Origin: a bacterium
GTDB lineage: Bacteria > Electryoneota > Electryoneia > Electryoneales > Electryoneaceae
Direction: 5' to 3'
DNA length: 64,000 nucleotides
Assembly (NCBI GenBank): GCA_963675295.2
Contig: CAXXKJ010000002.1
Coordinates: forward strand, 1,760,001-1,824,000
In this document: piece after piece, positions 55,024 to 64,000 of the stretch
How the letters are laid out: every line of letters begins with the position of its first letter
Position numbering within the stretch: position 1 is the stretch's first letter
Notes under the pieces: model-generated
The model's input: only the letters and a program-made list of their open reading frames with translations
Told to the model about the DNA's origin: nothing
Database searches by the model: none
Made by a program: the position numbers and the translations under genes

Positions 55024-56025
55024 ATGCAACGTGTGATTTTGACGACGGCTGTGGCGGGACTGTTGTTGCTGGTGGCGCTGCTTTCGGCGTGCTCGATCAA
55101 CGAAAGCGAGATGGAAGAACTGGGTGCGCTCAAGGTTTCCGCGATGGATACGACCCAGGGTATTACGCTACAATCGGGCCAGGTGCTGGTTGATAATGTG
55201 CCGAGCTCAACCCGGCTGCCGGTCGAGGTCGGTAGCTTGCCCTCGGGGCAGTATGAGGTCACGATTAAACCGGGCCTGCTGTATCCGCCGGCAACAAAAA
55301 CGGTGACCGTCGATCCGCCGGAAACGACGTTCGTCGACTTTCTCTTTTCCGCGGACACTCCGCCGTCCACGCTGACACTCGAGTCGAACACGCCGGACGC
55401 GATGATCGTGATCGATGAGCAGTTCCAGCCGACGGTTGAGATCGGGGTGCCGTTCCTGATCGCAGCCGGTGAACACAGCATTTCCCTGTTCAAGGAAGGC
55501 CATCTCACCAACTCGGCACGGTTGGACCTGACCCTGCTCGAAGAAGAGGAATACACGTACACGATCGACCTGACCGCAGCGGAATACGGCAACCAGACCG
55601 GCGCCCTTTTCCCCGATTTCACCTTCCCCGACGATTGGGGTGGCGAACAGACCCTGGGCCAGTATCGTGGTGATGTCATCCTGATCACGTTCTGGTTTTA
55701 CAACTGCGGACCGTGCCGGGAAGAGTTCCCGACGATTGAAACGGTGTTCCAGGAACGTGCCGCTGATGGGTTCCGCGTGTTGGGCATTAACGTCGGCTGG
55801 TATAACGACGACCAAGCCAAGTTCGAGGCGATCCGCGACGAGCTGAACCTGAGCTTCCCGCTGCTGTTCAACACGAACGGGATCAGTTGGACCACGGATG
55901 ACCTGTTAATCGGCACCGCGCCGACGAATTTCATCATCGCGCCGAGCGGTGAGATTCATGCGCGCCGCGGGCAGTTGACTTACGAAAGCCTGAACGATCT
56001 GATCGACGAAGCGTTGGGGGAGTAA
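55024..56025 (+). CDS. Lipoprotein with PEGA-like domains and C-terminal TlpA-like redoxin
   Basis: Lipobox LSA-C; Ig-like segments; YRGDVILITFWFYNCGPCREEFP, APTNFII. Confidence 0.85.
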   Translation: MQRVILTTAVAGLLLLVALLSACSINESEMEELGALKVSAMDTTQGITLQSGQVLVDNVPSSTRLPVEVGSLPSGQYEVTIKPGLLYPPATKTVTVDPPETTFVDFLFSADTPPSTLTLESNTPDAMIVIDEQFQPTVEIGVPFLIAAGEHSISLFKEGHLTNSARLDLTLLEEEEYTYTIDLTAAEYGNQTGALFPDFTFPDDWGGEQTLGQYRGDVILITFWFYNCGPCREEFPTIETVFQERAADGFRVLGINVGWYNDDQAKFEAIRDELNLSFPLLFNTNGISWTTDDLLIGTAPTNFIIAPSGEIHARRGQLTYESLNDLIDEALGE

Positions 56026-56032
56026 CGAATAC

Positions 56033-56119
56033 TCGGGGACACTTTCTCCGAAAGTGTCCCCGAATTGCATTTGATTGCATACCTGCCAAAGGGACACTTT
56101 GAGGACAAAGTGTCCCTTT
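56033..56119. repeat. Doublet of family B hairpins (REPIN-like)
   Basis: tcggggacactttc-tcc-gaaagtgtccccga (56033-56063) and aaagggacactttg-agga-caaagtgtcccttt (56088-56119). Confidence 0.88.
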
Positions 56120-56162
56120 ATTTCAGATCGCAGCAGCCACCTACGTTTCGTAGAGGAATCAA

Positions 56163-57482
56163 GTGCTGAAAACCCGCCGGGCGAGTGGCCGGGAAGTGTT
56201 TTCGTGGTCGTTGTACGACTTCGCGAACTCGGCCTTTGCGACAACCATTCTCGCGGTGATCTTCAACCGGTATTACGCCGGTGTGGTCGCTGGTGGGGAG
56301 TCGGGTGTCGCGGTGCCCTGGTTCGGCGAGACGCTCCAGGTTCCCGGCGCGACGATGTTCACATACGCCGTGACCATCTCGATGCTGCTGGTGGCGGTCA
56401 GCGCGCCGATCCTCGGGGCGTGGTCGGATGCCCGCGCGGCGAAGAAGCGGTTCCTCGCAGTGTATGTCACCCTCGGCGTGCTCGCTACGGCGATGCTCGG
56501 CACCGCCGGTGAAGGCGAGTGGCTCGGCACGGGGTTGTGGTTCGTGCTCGCGAACTTTGCGTTCGCCGGAGGCAACGTCTTCTACAATGCGTTTCTCCCC
56601 GAACTGGCGGACCCGGACGAGATGGGGCGGGTGTCCGGTTTCGGCTGGGGCTTCGGCTACCTCGGCGGCGGGGTGCTGCTCGCGATCAACTTGTTGATGC
56701 TCGAGATGCCCGGGCTGTTCGGCTTCGAGGAAGGCGAGCTGACGGTGCAGCACACGTTCATCTCGGTCGCGATCTGGTGGGCGGTGTTCTCGTTCCCGTT
56801 TTTCATGAACGTGCGCGAACGGGCGGTGCCGGTATCGCAGACGTTCCTCGATGGTGCGAAAGCATCGCTGCAGCGGTTGCGGACGACACTCGGGCGGGTG
56901 CGTGAACACAAGCAGCTGTGGCGTTTCCTGCTCGCCTACCTGTTCTTCAACGACGGGATCGAGACGGTCATCCTGATGGCCGCGATCTACGGCGATCAGG
57001 AGTTGGGGATGGGGCAGGGGCTGCTGGTCGCGTTCTTCCTTCTGATCCAGTTCACGGCGTTCGGCGGCTCATTGCTGTTCGGGCGAATTTCGACGAAGAT
57101 CGGCGTCAAGCCGGCGTTGATGCTCTCGCTCGGGATCTGGTGCCTGGTGGTGATCGACGCGTTTTTCATCGGCTGGACCGGCTATCCGATCACCGAGTAT
57201 TTCGTGCTGGGTGTGGTCGCCGGGCTGGTGATGGGAGCATCCCAGATGCTCGCCCGCACGATGCAGGGCCTGTTCACGCCGCCGGAACGGGAGGCCGAAT
57301 TCTTTGGCTTCTTCGCGGTGTCGGGACGGTTCGCGTCAGTGCTGGGCCCGTTGACCTTCGGCGTCATGGTCGCGATCACCGGCTCGCTGCGGTACGCTAT
57401 ACTGAGTGTAATCGGCTTCTTTCTCCTCGGGCTGCTTTTGCTCAGCTGGGTACGTGCGCCGCGCACCCGTTTAAGCCGATAA
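56163..57482 (+). CDS. MFS transporter, UMF1/ATG22-like
   Basis: WSLYDFANSAF, VFYNAFLPELA..GRVSGFGWGFGYLGG, FNDGIETVI, AEFFGFF. Confidence 0.9.
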   Translation: MLKTRRASGREVFSWSLYDFANSAFATTILAVIFNRYYAGVVAGGESGVAVPWFGETLQVPGATMFTYAVTISMLLVAVSAPILGAWSDARAAKKRFLAVYVTLGVLATAMLGTAGEGEWLGTGLWFVLANFAFAGGNVFYNAFLPELADPDEMGRVSGFGWGFGYLGGGVLLAINLLMLEMPGLFGFEEGELTVQHTFISVAIWWAVFSFPFFMNVRERAVPVSQTFLDGAKASLQRLRTTLGRVREHKQLWRFLLAYLFFNDGIETVILMAAIYGDQELGMGQGLLVAFFLLIQFTAFGGSLLFGRISTKIGVKPALMLSLGIWCLVVIDAFFIGWTGYPITEYFVLGVVAGLVMGASQMLARTMQGLFTPPEREAEFFGFFAVSGRFASVLGPLTFGVMVAITGSLRYAILSVIGFFLLGLLLLSWVRAPRTRLSR

Positions 57483-57651
57483 TAGATGCGGGGACGATCG
57501 CCGGAAGCTGACAGGCTTTCCCGCTGCTCGGAGGGTTTCGGAGGGTGTGTGGTCTCGGTGTTGCCCGGATTGCGGGTCTGAACATGCGGCCCCTATATTG
57601 GCCGGTACGTTTCAAGAAACAATGAACTAGACTGCAGGACGGATCCCAGCG

Positions 57652-58044
57652 TTGAAAAAGGACAATTCAAGTTCAGCCGGTCGGATCATGATCGTGGATG
57701 ACGAATCGGACATCAGCGATTTCCTCTCCACGTTCTTCCAGATGAAGGGCTACGAGACCTTTGTCGCGAATAGTGGGAAGAAAGCGATTGAAGGACTGCC
57801 CTCGTTTAATCCGCATGTGATTCTGCTCGATGTGCGCATGCCGGACATGGACGGTCTGGAAACCTTGAAGATGATCCGTGAGATGGACGACAAGGTCGGC
57901 GTGATCATGGTGACCGCGGTTCACGAGATGAACATCGGCCGGGAAGCTCTTTCACTCGGTGCGGCGGATTTCGTGACAAAGCCGGTAGATCTTGAGTATC
58001 TTGAGACGACAGTGATGGTCAAGCTGGTGAGCTTGATCCAATAG
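57652..58044 (+). CDS. Single-domain response regulator (receiver)
   Basis: IMIVDDE, ILLDVRMPDMDG, IMVTA, FVTKP. Confidence 0.92.
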   Translation: MKKDNSSSAGRIMIVDDESDISDFLSTFFQMKGYETFVANSGKKAIEGLPSFNPHVILLDVRMPDMDGLETLKMIREMDDKVGVIMVTAVHEMNIGREALSLGAADFVTKPVDLEYLETTVMVKLVSLIQ

Positions 58045-58081
58045 CAGGTTTCGGGACGGTTGACGTTCCGGGGAGACATCC

Positions 58082-58279
58082 ATGTTCGTACCCATGTACA
58101 TCCCGGGCCACTGGGAAATCATGATCATCGTGTTCGCCATCCTGGTGTTGTTCGGCGGACGCAAGATCCCGGAGATGATGAAGGGCATCGGCACCGGCAT
58201 CAAGGAATTCAAGAAAGGTGTCCGTGACGACGAACCGGAGAAAGAGATCACGGACGATTCCGCGAAGGAGAAGAACTGA
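58082..58279 (+). CDS. tatA: Twin-arginine translocase TatA/E subunit
   Basis: GHWEIMII..LVLFGGRKIPEMMKGIGTGIKEFKKG. Confidence 0.95.
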   Translation: MFVPMYIPGHWEIMIIVFAILVLFGGRKIPEMMKGIGTGIKEFKKGVRDDEPEKEITDDSAKEKN

Positions 58280-58318
58280 CGCGGATACCGGGGCCGGTTG
58301 TTTACAGGTTTACCACGC

Positions 58319-58350
58319 AAAGGATGGTTGAGCGATCAACCATCCTTTTT
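58319..58350 (+). terminator. Rho-independent terminator after tatA
   Basis: aaaggatggttga-gcga-tcaaccatcc followed by T run. Confidence 0.85.
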
Positions 58351-58399
58351 CTGTGTTGGGTTGGGTCGGGGGGAAACTGTGACCTCGGCGGGAGGTTGC

Positions 58400-58504
58400 G
58401 GGGACATCTTGGGCACAGCTCGTTCTGGTTGTCGTTGTCGGGTACGAGGTCGCTGCTGTGGGATATCACATCGGGAACCGGCGGCTTGTGCCCCAGATGT
58501 CCCC
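58400..58504. repeat. Long-loop inverted repeat related to family B
   Basis: ggggacatcttgggcaca (from 58400) pairs with tgtgccccagatgtcccc (to 58504). Confidence 0.7.
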
Positions 58505-58582
58505 TGTTGTGTTCTCAGGACTCAAGACTCAATCTGGTGTTGTTTTTCCTCGCACCTCACACCTCATACCTCACACCTGCCC

Positions 58583-60136
58583 TTACTGATGTTCATCCCG
58601 CAGCAGATCGTTTACCGTTTTCACCGGATTGAAGGTGCGTGCGGGCACTTCGACGAAGACGGTCAGCCAGTCCGCCATCGACCCGTTCCACAGGCCGGGC
58701 AGCTCCAGCGCTTTGAGGTCACGTCCATCCTTGGATTTCTGTGAGATGAAGGCGGTTGACGGATCGACGTACGTGTCCAGATCGTAGCTGTTGCCGTGAT
58801 GGTCACGCAGGCAACAGACGAGATCGACGGGATTGAAGTGCGTTGACGATTCGAGGATCGCCTTCTGCTGATCGTCGGATGTGTCGATCTGAACGGTTTC
58901 CACGATCTGCCGGTCGATACTGCCGTCCGAGCGCTTCACCCAGAACGGTCCCCCGCCCGGCTCGCCTTCGTTGATCACCATCCCGCAGACACGGAATGGC
59001 CGGTTAAGCGTGCTATGCAGCACCTGCACGCGGTCCTCAGTGCTCAGGTTTTCCCAGTTCGCCAGTTGAACGTCGAGTTCGTCCATCACGAACCGTCCGA
59101 TCTCGTCGAGGCGTGACGGTTCCGGGCATTCCTGCTCGAGGTCACGCAGCGCCTGGTCACGATTGGCCAGCAACTGCGCGGCGTAGCCGCCGAGTTCGCG
59201 TTTCTCGGTGAGGGTGGTCTGCACCTGCGCAGGCGGGACGACGTTGTCGACGTTCTTGATGTAGACGATGTCGGCGTCGAGGTCATTCAAGTTCTTCAGC
59301 AGCGCGCCGTGCCCGCCGGGCCGGAAGAGCAGGCGGCCGTCGTTGTCACGGAACGGCTGGTTCTCGAGGTCGGCGGCGATGGTGTCGGTGGACGGCGACT
59401 GCACGCTGAAGGAGACGTCGAAACGGGTGGTTCCGTAGCGCGCGCCCACGGTTTCGGCTTCCGCTTGAAAGCCGTCCCGGTGTTCCGGTGAAACGGTGAA
59501 GTGCAGTGCGGCGGCGCTATTGCCGGATTTAACCGTTTCATGCGCTTCGAGGAAATGTTCGGCGAGCGGTGTGCGCAGGTCATCTCCCACCCGGTGAAAC
59601 GCGATCAATCCCTTCGGCAACTGGGCAAGGTTCAAGCCATCGTCGGTCAGCAACGCGGCGAGGATAGCTCGGTAGTCACCCGAATCGTAGACCTCTTCAA
59701 GATCCTGTCCACGTTGGGCGAAAACATCCGCCAGTTGCGGGTAGAACGCGAACTTGTCGAGGTTGCCGAAAAAGGTGAGGCCGAACTCGGCGTCTTTGTC
59801 ACCAACTTTAGCGCGGGACTTGAGAGCGTTGTCGTTGAGCTCACGGTCGTCACCGAGCAGCGCGAGTAACGCCTTGAACATCCGCGATGCGGCCCCGGAG
59901 GCCGGGACGAACTTGCTGAACCGTCCCGCGGCAGCGGCTGCTTCGTGCGCACGTATCGCGGCGGCACGTTCGCCATCGTCCAGCCGCTTGATGCCGTCGC
60001 CGACGGTGCACGCTCGGTCGAGCACGGTGAACGGGACACCGTCCGCGAAGCGCTGCAATTGCTGGCGGATGGCGTCTTCGGTCAGCCCGTGGTCACGGAG
60101 TTGCTGTTTGTCCTGTTCGCTCAGGTTCAGGTTCAT
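58583..60136 (-). CDS. DUF4301 family protein
   Basis: KFVPASGAASRMFK, LPKGLIAFH, FRPGGHGALL, IKNVDNV, GEPGGGPFW, THFNPVDLVC, ALELPGLWNG, TFNPVKTVNDLLR. Confidence 0.93.
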   Translation of the reverse strand: MNLNLSEQDKQQLRDHGLTEDAIRQQLQRFADGVPFTVLDRACTVGDGIKRLDDGERAAAIRAHEAAAAAGRFSKFVPASGAASRMFKALLALLGDDRELNDNALKSRAKVGDKDAEFGLTFFGNLDKFAFYPQLADVFAQRGQDLEEVYDSGDYRAILAALLTDDGLNLAQLPKGLIAFHRVGDDLRTPLAEHFLEAHETVKSGNSAAALHFTVSPEHRDGFQAEAETVGARYGTTRFDVSFSVQSPSTDTIAADLENQPFRDNDGRLLFRPGGHGALLKNLNDLDADIVYIKNVDNVVPPAQVQTTLTEKRELGGYAAQLLANRDQALRDLEQECPEPSRLDEIGRFVMDELDVQLANWENLSTEDRVQVLHSTLNRPFRVCGMVINEGEPGGGPFWVKRSDGSIDRQIVETVQIDTSDDQQKAILESSTHFNPVDLVCCLRDHHGNSYDLDTYVDPSTAFISQKSKDGRDLKALELPGLWNGSMADWLTVFVEVPARTFNPVKTVNDLLRDEHQ

Positions 60137-60421
60137 GGTGATCGCCGTAAGGAATCTGGTTGCTGGTTGTCTCGAATGTCGAGGCGAAGATAGAACGCCG
60201 TTCGGGTGGCAAGAGAGGTGTGGAAATGTTTGTGGCGTGTTCGAGAGACGCGGTCCTCTCCGAGGCGGAAACCGCGAAAACGTTACGGACGCCAGGATTC
60301 ACGGGTCGGTAATCGTTGCTTTATTCACCGGGGATTCTGTACCTTTCTTCACAAAGTTTTTTGGGATTATGCTCGGATGGGGTGTAAGGCTGCCTCTCCG
60401 ATGGGCGGAAGGACCCGGTGC

Positions 60422-62971
60422 ATGAACTGGATCCAGAACCTGCTGCGTGGTGATCGGGATGAAGGCGATCCAGCCGGAAATCTCGAGGATTTACGCCGTC
60501 GTTTCGACAGTTTCCGTGAGCTGGTCGAGAAGAACAACGAAGTGCTTGGCCTGATCGGCGACATGGAAGAGAAGGCGCAGGGCGAATTTCTCTTCGACAT
60601 CGCGTATGTGCGCGGCTGTGTTGACCGTGTTGAGGCGGCGGTGGGAACGGTCATTGATCTGATCATCGAGATCGGCGGCCTGGAATACGAAACATTGCGC
60701 GCCCGTTACGCCGCCATCCTTGGCCAGATCCACAATCTCCTGCCCGGGTCGGATTTCCACCACGGCGGCCCGCTGATTCTCGACTTCGAACGCATCAACC
60801 GGATTCACAGCTCCAGTGTCGGCGGCAAGAACGCACAGCTCGGTGAAATGCGAGAGCTCGGGCTGCGCGTTCCGGACGGATTCGCGATCACCGCCGCTGG
60901 GTTCCGGCTGTTCCTCAAGGACAACAAGCTCAACGAGTTGATCCAGGATACGCTGAAGCAGCTCGATATCAAGTGCCAGCAGGATCTGGTCAACGCCAGT
61001 GGCTTGCTGCGTGCGATGATTCTCGCGGCACCGATTCCGGCAGAGCTTGCGGACTCGATCAAGACGTCGTATGAGGAGCTGACGAAACGGACGGGCGAGG
61101 AGTTGATCGCCCTGCGTTCCAGCGCGGTCGGCGAGGACACGCTCTACAGTTTCGCGGGGCAGTACTCGAGCTTCCTCAACGTGAGCAAGGATCAACTGCT
61201 GCTGAAGTATCGCGAAATTCTCTCCAGCAAATACAGCCCGCGTGCGATCTACTACTTCCTCAGCCATTCGCTGGAAGAGGCCGGCCTGTCGATGAGTGTC
61301 GGTTGTACACGGATGGTGGACGCGGCCAGCAGTGGAGTGATCTACACCCGCGATCCGCTCGATCCGGACAGCGAGTGCATTCATGTGCACGCGATTTACG
61401 GGCTAGGCCCGTACCTCGTCGGCGGTACGTTGACGCCGGATGTCTTCACCATCCACCGCGACGGATTCAAGGTAGAGAGCCGCACGATCCGTGACAAACC
61501 GGTGCAACTTCGCCCGGCGGCGAAGGGCGGAACGGAAGAACACCCGGTTGAGGAAGGCCGTCGCAGCGAACCGTGCCTGAACGATGAACAGTTGGCCGAA
61601 CTCGGTGAGCTGGCAGTGAAGCTGGAAGAGCATTACGACCATCCGCAGGACATCGAGTTCGCGTACGATCAGGATGGCAAGCTGTTCCTGTTGCAGTCGC
61701 GTCCGCTACGGACCATCTGCACGCAGCCGTCGTTTGAACTGCCTGATATGAGCGGACATATCAAGATTGCATGCGGCGGAACGACGGTCTGCCCCGGCGC
61801 GGGGCTGGGTCGCGTGGTCCACGTTTCGAGCAAGGAATCGCTGGAGGACGTGGAACAGGGCGACGTGGTGGTCGCGGCGAATCCGATGCCGTCGATTGGG
61901 CTGGTGCTGGACAAGGTGTCGGCGGTGGTGACCGAGGTAGGCTCTTCCGCCAGCCACTTGGCGGCGCTGGTGCGTGAACGGCGCATCCCGACGATTGTTG
62001 GCGTTGCCCAGGCACGCAGCCGTCTGCCCCGGGGCGAGGTGGTGACCGTGGATGCGACCGGAACCTGCATCTACTCCGGCGAACATCAGAAGCTGGTGCA
62101 GGCGCGTCTTCCGGAATATGACCTTTTCCAGGACACGGCGATTTTCGACATGTTACGGCGGTTGTTAAAGATGATCAGCCCGCTGAACATGGTCAATCCG
62201 GGCGATCCGGAATTCCGCGCGGAACGTTGCCTGACACTGCATGATATTGTCCGTTATTCCCACCAACGCGGGATCGAGGAAATCTTCTCACACGCCCGCA
62301 GCCTCGGCAAACGCAAGGAATTTGGCGCTCAACTGAAGTCGGTGCTGCCGTTGCCGGTCCATGTGCTCAACCTGGAAGAGCCGGAAGTTCCGGGCCGGAA
62401 GCAGGTGTACGACGACAACTCGCTGCCCTCGGAACCGATGCAAATGTTCTGGAACGGGATGCTGCAGGAAAAGTGGCCGTTCGCATATCCCGATCCGACA
62501 CGGTTGCAGGTTGCGCGTGACAAGGACGCCGGACTGCCGGTTGAGGAACAATTTACTGAACACAGTTTCGCGGTGATCCGCAAAGAATACATGCTCGCCA
62601 GTCTGCGTCTCGGCTATCACTTCACCAGCGTCGAGGCGGAACTGTGCGACGACCCGAACCGCAACTTCATCCGCGTGCATTACAAGGGTGGCGGTGCGGC
62701 CGATGAACGCCGCCGTCGGCGAATTTCGCTGCTTGAGGAACTGCTCGACCGGATGGGCTTCGAGCACACGGTCAAGTCCGACTTCATTGATTGCCGTGCG
62801 CAGTTCCTGCCCCGTGACCAGGCGGAGTTGAACCTTCAGCGGGTTGGACGCCTGGTGATGCTGACGAAGCAGCTGGACATGGCGTTGTCCAACGAACGGA
62901 TCACCCGCTGGTACATTGAAGATTTTGCGCGCAAATTGGATCTCGAACACAAGCAGGCTTTCCCGCTATGA
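60422..62971 (+). CDS. PEP synthase/PPDK-like protein: ATP-grasp + swivelling phospho-His domain + non-canonical C-terminus
   Basis: GGKNAQLGEM, VPDGFAIT, RSSAVGED..SFAGQY, PQDIEFA..LLQSRPL; GSSASHLAALVRE; no pyruvate-binding barrel motifs recognised. Confidence 0.88.
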   Translation: MNWIQNLLRGDRDEGDPAGNLEDLRRRFDSFRELVEKNNEVLGLIGDMEEKAQGEFLFDIAYVRGCVDRVEAAVGTVIDLIIEIGGLEYETLRARYAAILGQIHNLLPGSDFHHGGPLILDFERINRIHSSSVGGKNAQLGEMRELGLRVPDGFAITAAGFRLFLKDNKLNELIQDTLKQLDIKCQQDLVNASGLLRAMILAAPIPAELADSIKTSYEELTKRTGEELIALRSSAVGEDTLYSFAGQYSSFLNVSKDQLLLKYREILSSKYSPRAIYYFLSHSLEEAGLSMSVGCTRMVDAASSGVIYTRDPLDPDSECIHVHAIYGLGPYLVGGTLTPDVFTIHRDGFKVESRTIRDKPVQLRPAAKGGTEEHPVEEGRRSEPCLNDEQLAELGELAVKLEEHYDHPQDIEFAYDQDGKLFLLQSRPLRTICTQPSFELPDMSGHIKIACGGTTVCPGAGLGRVVHVSSKESLEDVEQGDVVVAANPMPSIGLVLDKVSAVVTEVGSSASHLAALVRERRIPTIVGVAQARSRLPRGEVVTVDATGTCIYSGEHQKLVQARLPEYDLFQDTAIFDMLRRLLKMISPLNMVNPGDPEFRAERCLTLHDIVRYSHQRGIEEIFSHARSLGKRKEFGAQLKSVLPLPVHVLNLEEPEVPGRKQVYDDNSLPSEPMQMFWNGMLQEKWPFAYPDPTRLQVARDKDAGLPVEEQFTEHSFAVIRKEYMLASLRLGYHFTSVEAELCDDPNRNFIRVHYKGGGAADERRRRRISLLEELLDRMGFEHTVKSDFIDCRAQFLPRDQAELNLQRVGRLVMLTKQLDMALSNERITRWYIEDFARKLDLEHKQAFPL

Positions 62972-64000
62972 AGAATCCAATTGCACGTGTGCGCCGACTC
63001 TGGGTCCGGCTGGTCCAGTCAAGGTACTTGATCCCGGCGACAGCGATCATGTTCGTGATCGTGTTTGCCGGGTCGACCTACCTGCTGTTCCGTTCCGCGC
63101 AGAGCACGGGCTTCCTGCGGCATCAGATTGCGCTACTTGCCGGCCTGGTGTTCATCATGTTTCTCTTCGGCCTGATGATCGCGGCGTACCAGCAGCGACT
63201 AAGTAAGAAACTGCGGCTGGTGATCGGTGAACAGGACCAGATTCTCGCCAGCGTGCTGACCAACAGCGTCGACGCGATTATCGTCTTTGACAATGAGGAA
63301 CGCATCCAGATGTGGAACCGGGGTGCGCAGCTCATCTTCGGTTTTTCGCCGGAGGAGATGCTCGGGCAATCGTTCCGCGTCCTGATTCCTCCAGACATCA
63401 ACCCCGAGGAAGAAATCAAGCGGCTGGACAGCATGGTCGCAAAGTACGGGTATGTACAGAATTACGTGACTCATCGAATGACGAAGGATGGCAGGCGGAT
63501 CACGGTCGATATCTCGCGCACCCCCTACCGAAACGAAAACGGGGAGTACGAGGGCTGCACTTCGGTGGTCAAGGATGTGACCGAGAAGCTGGAGTTCGAT
63601 CAGAAGATGTACAACGCCGAAAAGCTGGCGTCGATTGGTTTGCTGGCGTCCGGTGTCGCGCATGAGATCAACAACCCGTTATCGATTGTGCTCGGGTTTA
63701 CCGATTTGCTGAAGGAACGCTTCCCCGAAGACAGTTCCGAATGGCAGGACCTGGACAAGATCGAAAGCAACGCCGTCCAGGCGAAGAAAATCGTCGAGGA
63801 TCTGCTCGGCTTCAGCCGCACCAAGCAGGGCGTCGACAAGGCAGCGAACCTGGCTGAAAGCGTCGAATCGCTGACCGGGTTCATCCGGCAGACACGGATT
63901 GTGAAGAAGGTCGAGCTGGAGGTAGACCTGACGAACAGTTTGCCATTGGTCAACGGCGATCCACGTGAAATTCAACAGGTGCTGCTGAACCTGGTCAACA
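62968..64000 (+). CDS. Membrane PAS-domain sensor histidine kinase, 3'-truncated by window edge
   Basis: Translated by hand (absent from the ORF track): two TM helices, PAS (DAIIVFD..WNRGAQLIFGF), EKLASIGLLASGVAHEINNPL H-box, EIQQVLLNLVN N-box; ATG overlaps upstream TGA. Confidence 0.92.
   Translation, partial: MKNPIARVRRLWVRLVQSRYLIPATAIMFVIVFAGSTYLLFRSAQSTGFLRHQIALLAGLVFIMFLFGLMIAAYQQRLSKKLRLVIGEQDQILASVLTNSVDAIIVFDNEERIQMWNRGAQLIFGFSPEEMLGQSFRVLIPPDINPEEEIKRLDSMVAKYGYVQNYVTHRMTKDGRRITVDISRTPYRNENGEYEGCTSVVKDVTEKLEFDQKMYNAEKLASIGLLASGVAHEINNPLSIVLGFTDLLKERFPEDSSEWQDLDKIESNAVQAKKIVEDLLGFSRTKQGVDKAANLAESVESLTGFIRQTRIVKKVELEVDLTNSLPLVNGDPREIQQVLLNLVN

Overview
GC-rich bacterial chromosomal window, probably from an FCB-group lineage (inferred from five proteins with PNP-type T9SS C-terminal sorting domains, GWxTD, DUF4301 and DUF6132). 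It is mostly housekeeping and envelope genes: ResB/CcsA cytochrome c maturation, ftsY, purN, an M16 peptidase pair, a tricorn-like S41 protease, rplM-rpsI, rpsB-tsf-pyrH-frr (pyrH carries a 1-bp frameshift), ggt, a DinG-like nuclease-helicase and tatA. Non-routine signals: (1) an integrase-less Zn-finger/TOPRIM/AAA primase-helicase with a LexA-type box in an upstream promoter, a nested AT-rich palindrome starting at its stop codon, and low-GC HNH and BACON-like genes on either side; (2) a four-gene T9SS cargo array in which a low-GC block sits between two near-identical sorting-domain copies; (3) an IS1182 flanked by a 36-bp duplication of a REP palindrome; (4) several REP-like palindrome families, two of them inserted in frame inside genes, plus polarised heptamer arrays at the edges of intergenic regions; (5) a PEP-synthase-like protein lacking the pyruvate domain, coupled to a PAS histidine kinase. 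No tRNA, rRNA, CRISPR array or reverse transcriptase was recognised. All family calls come from reading motifs by eye, not from database searches.
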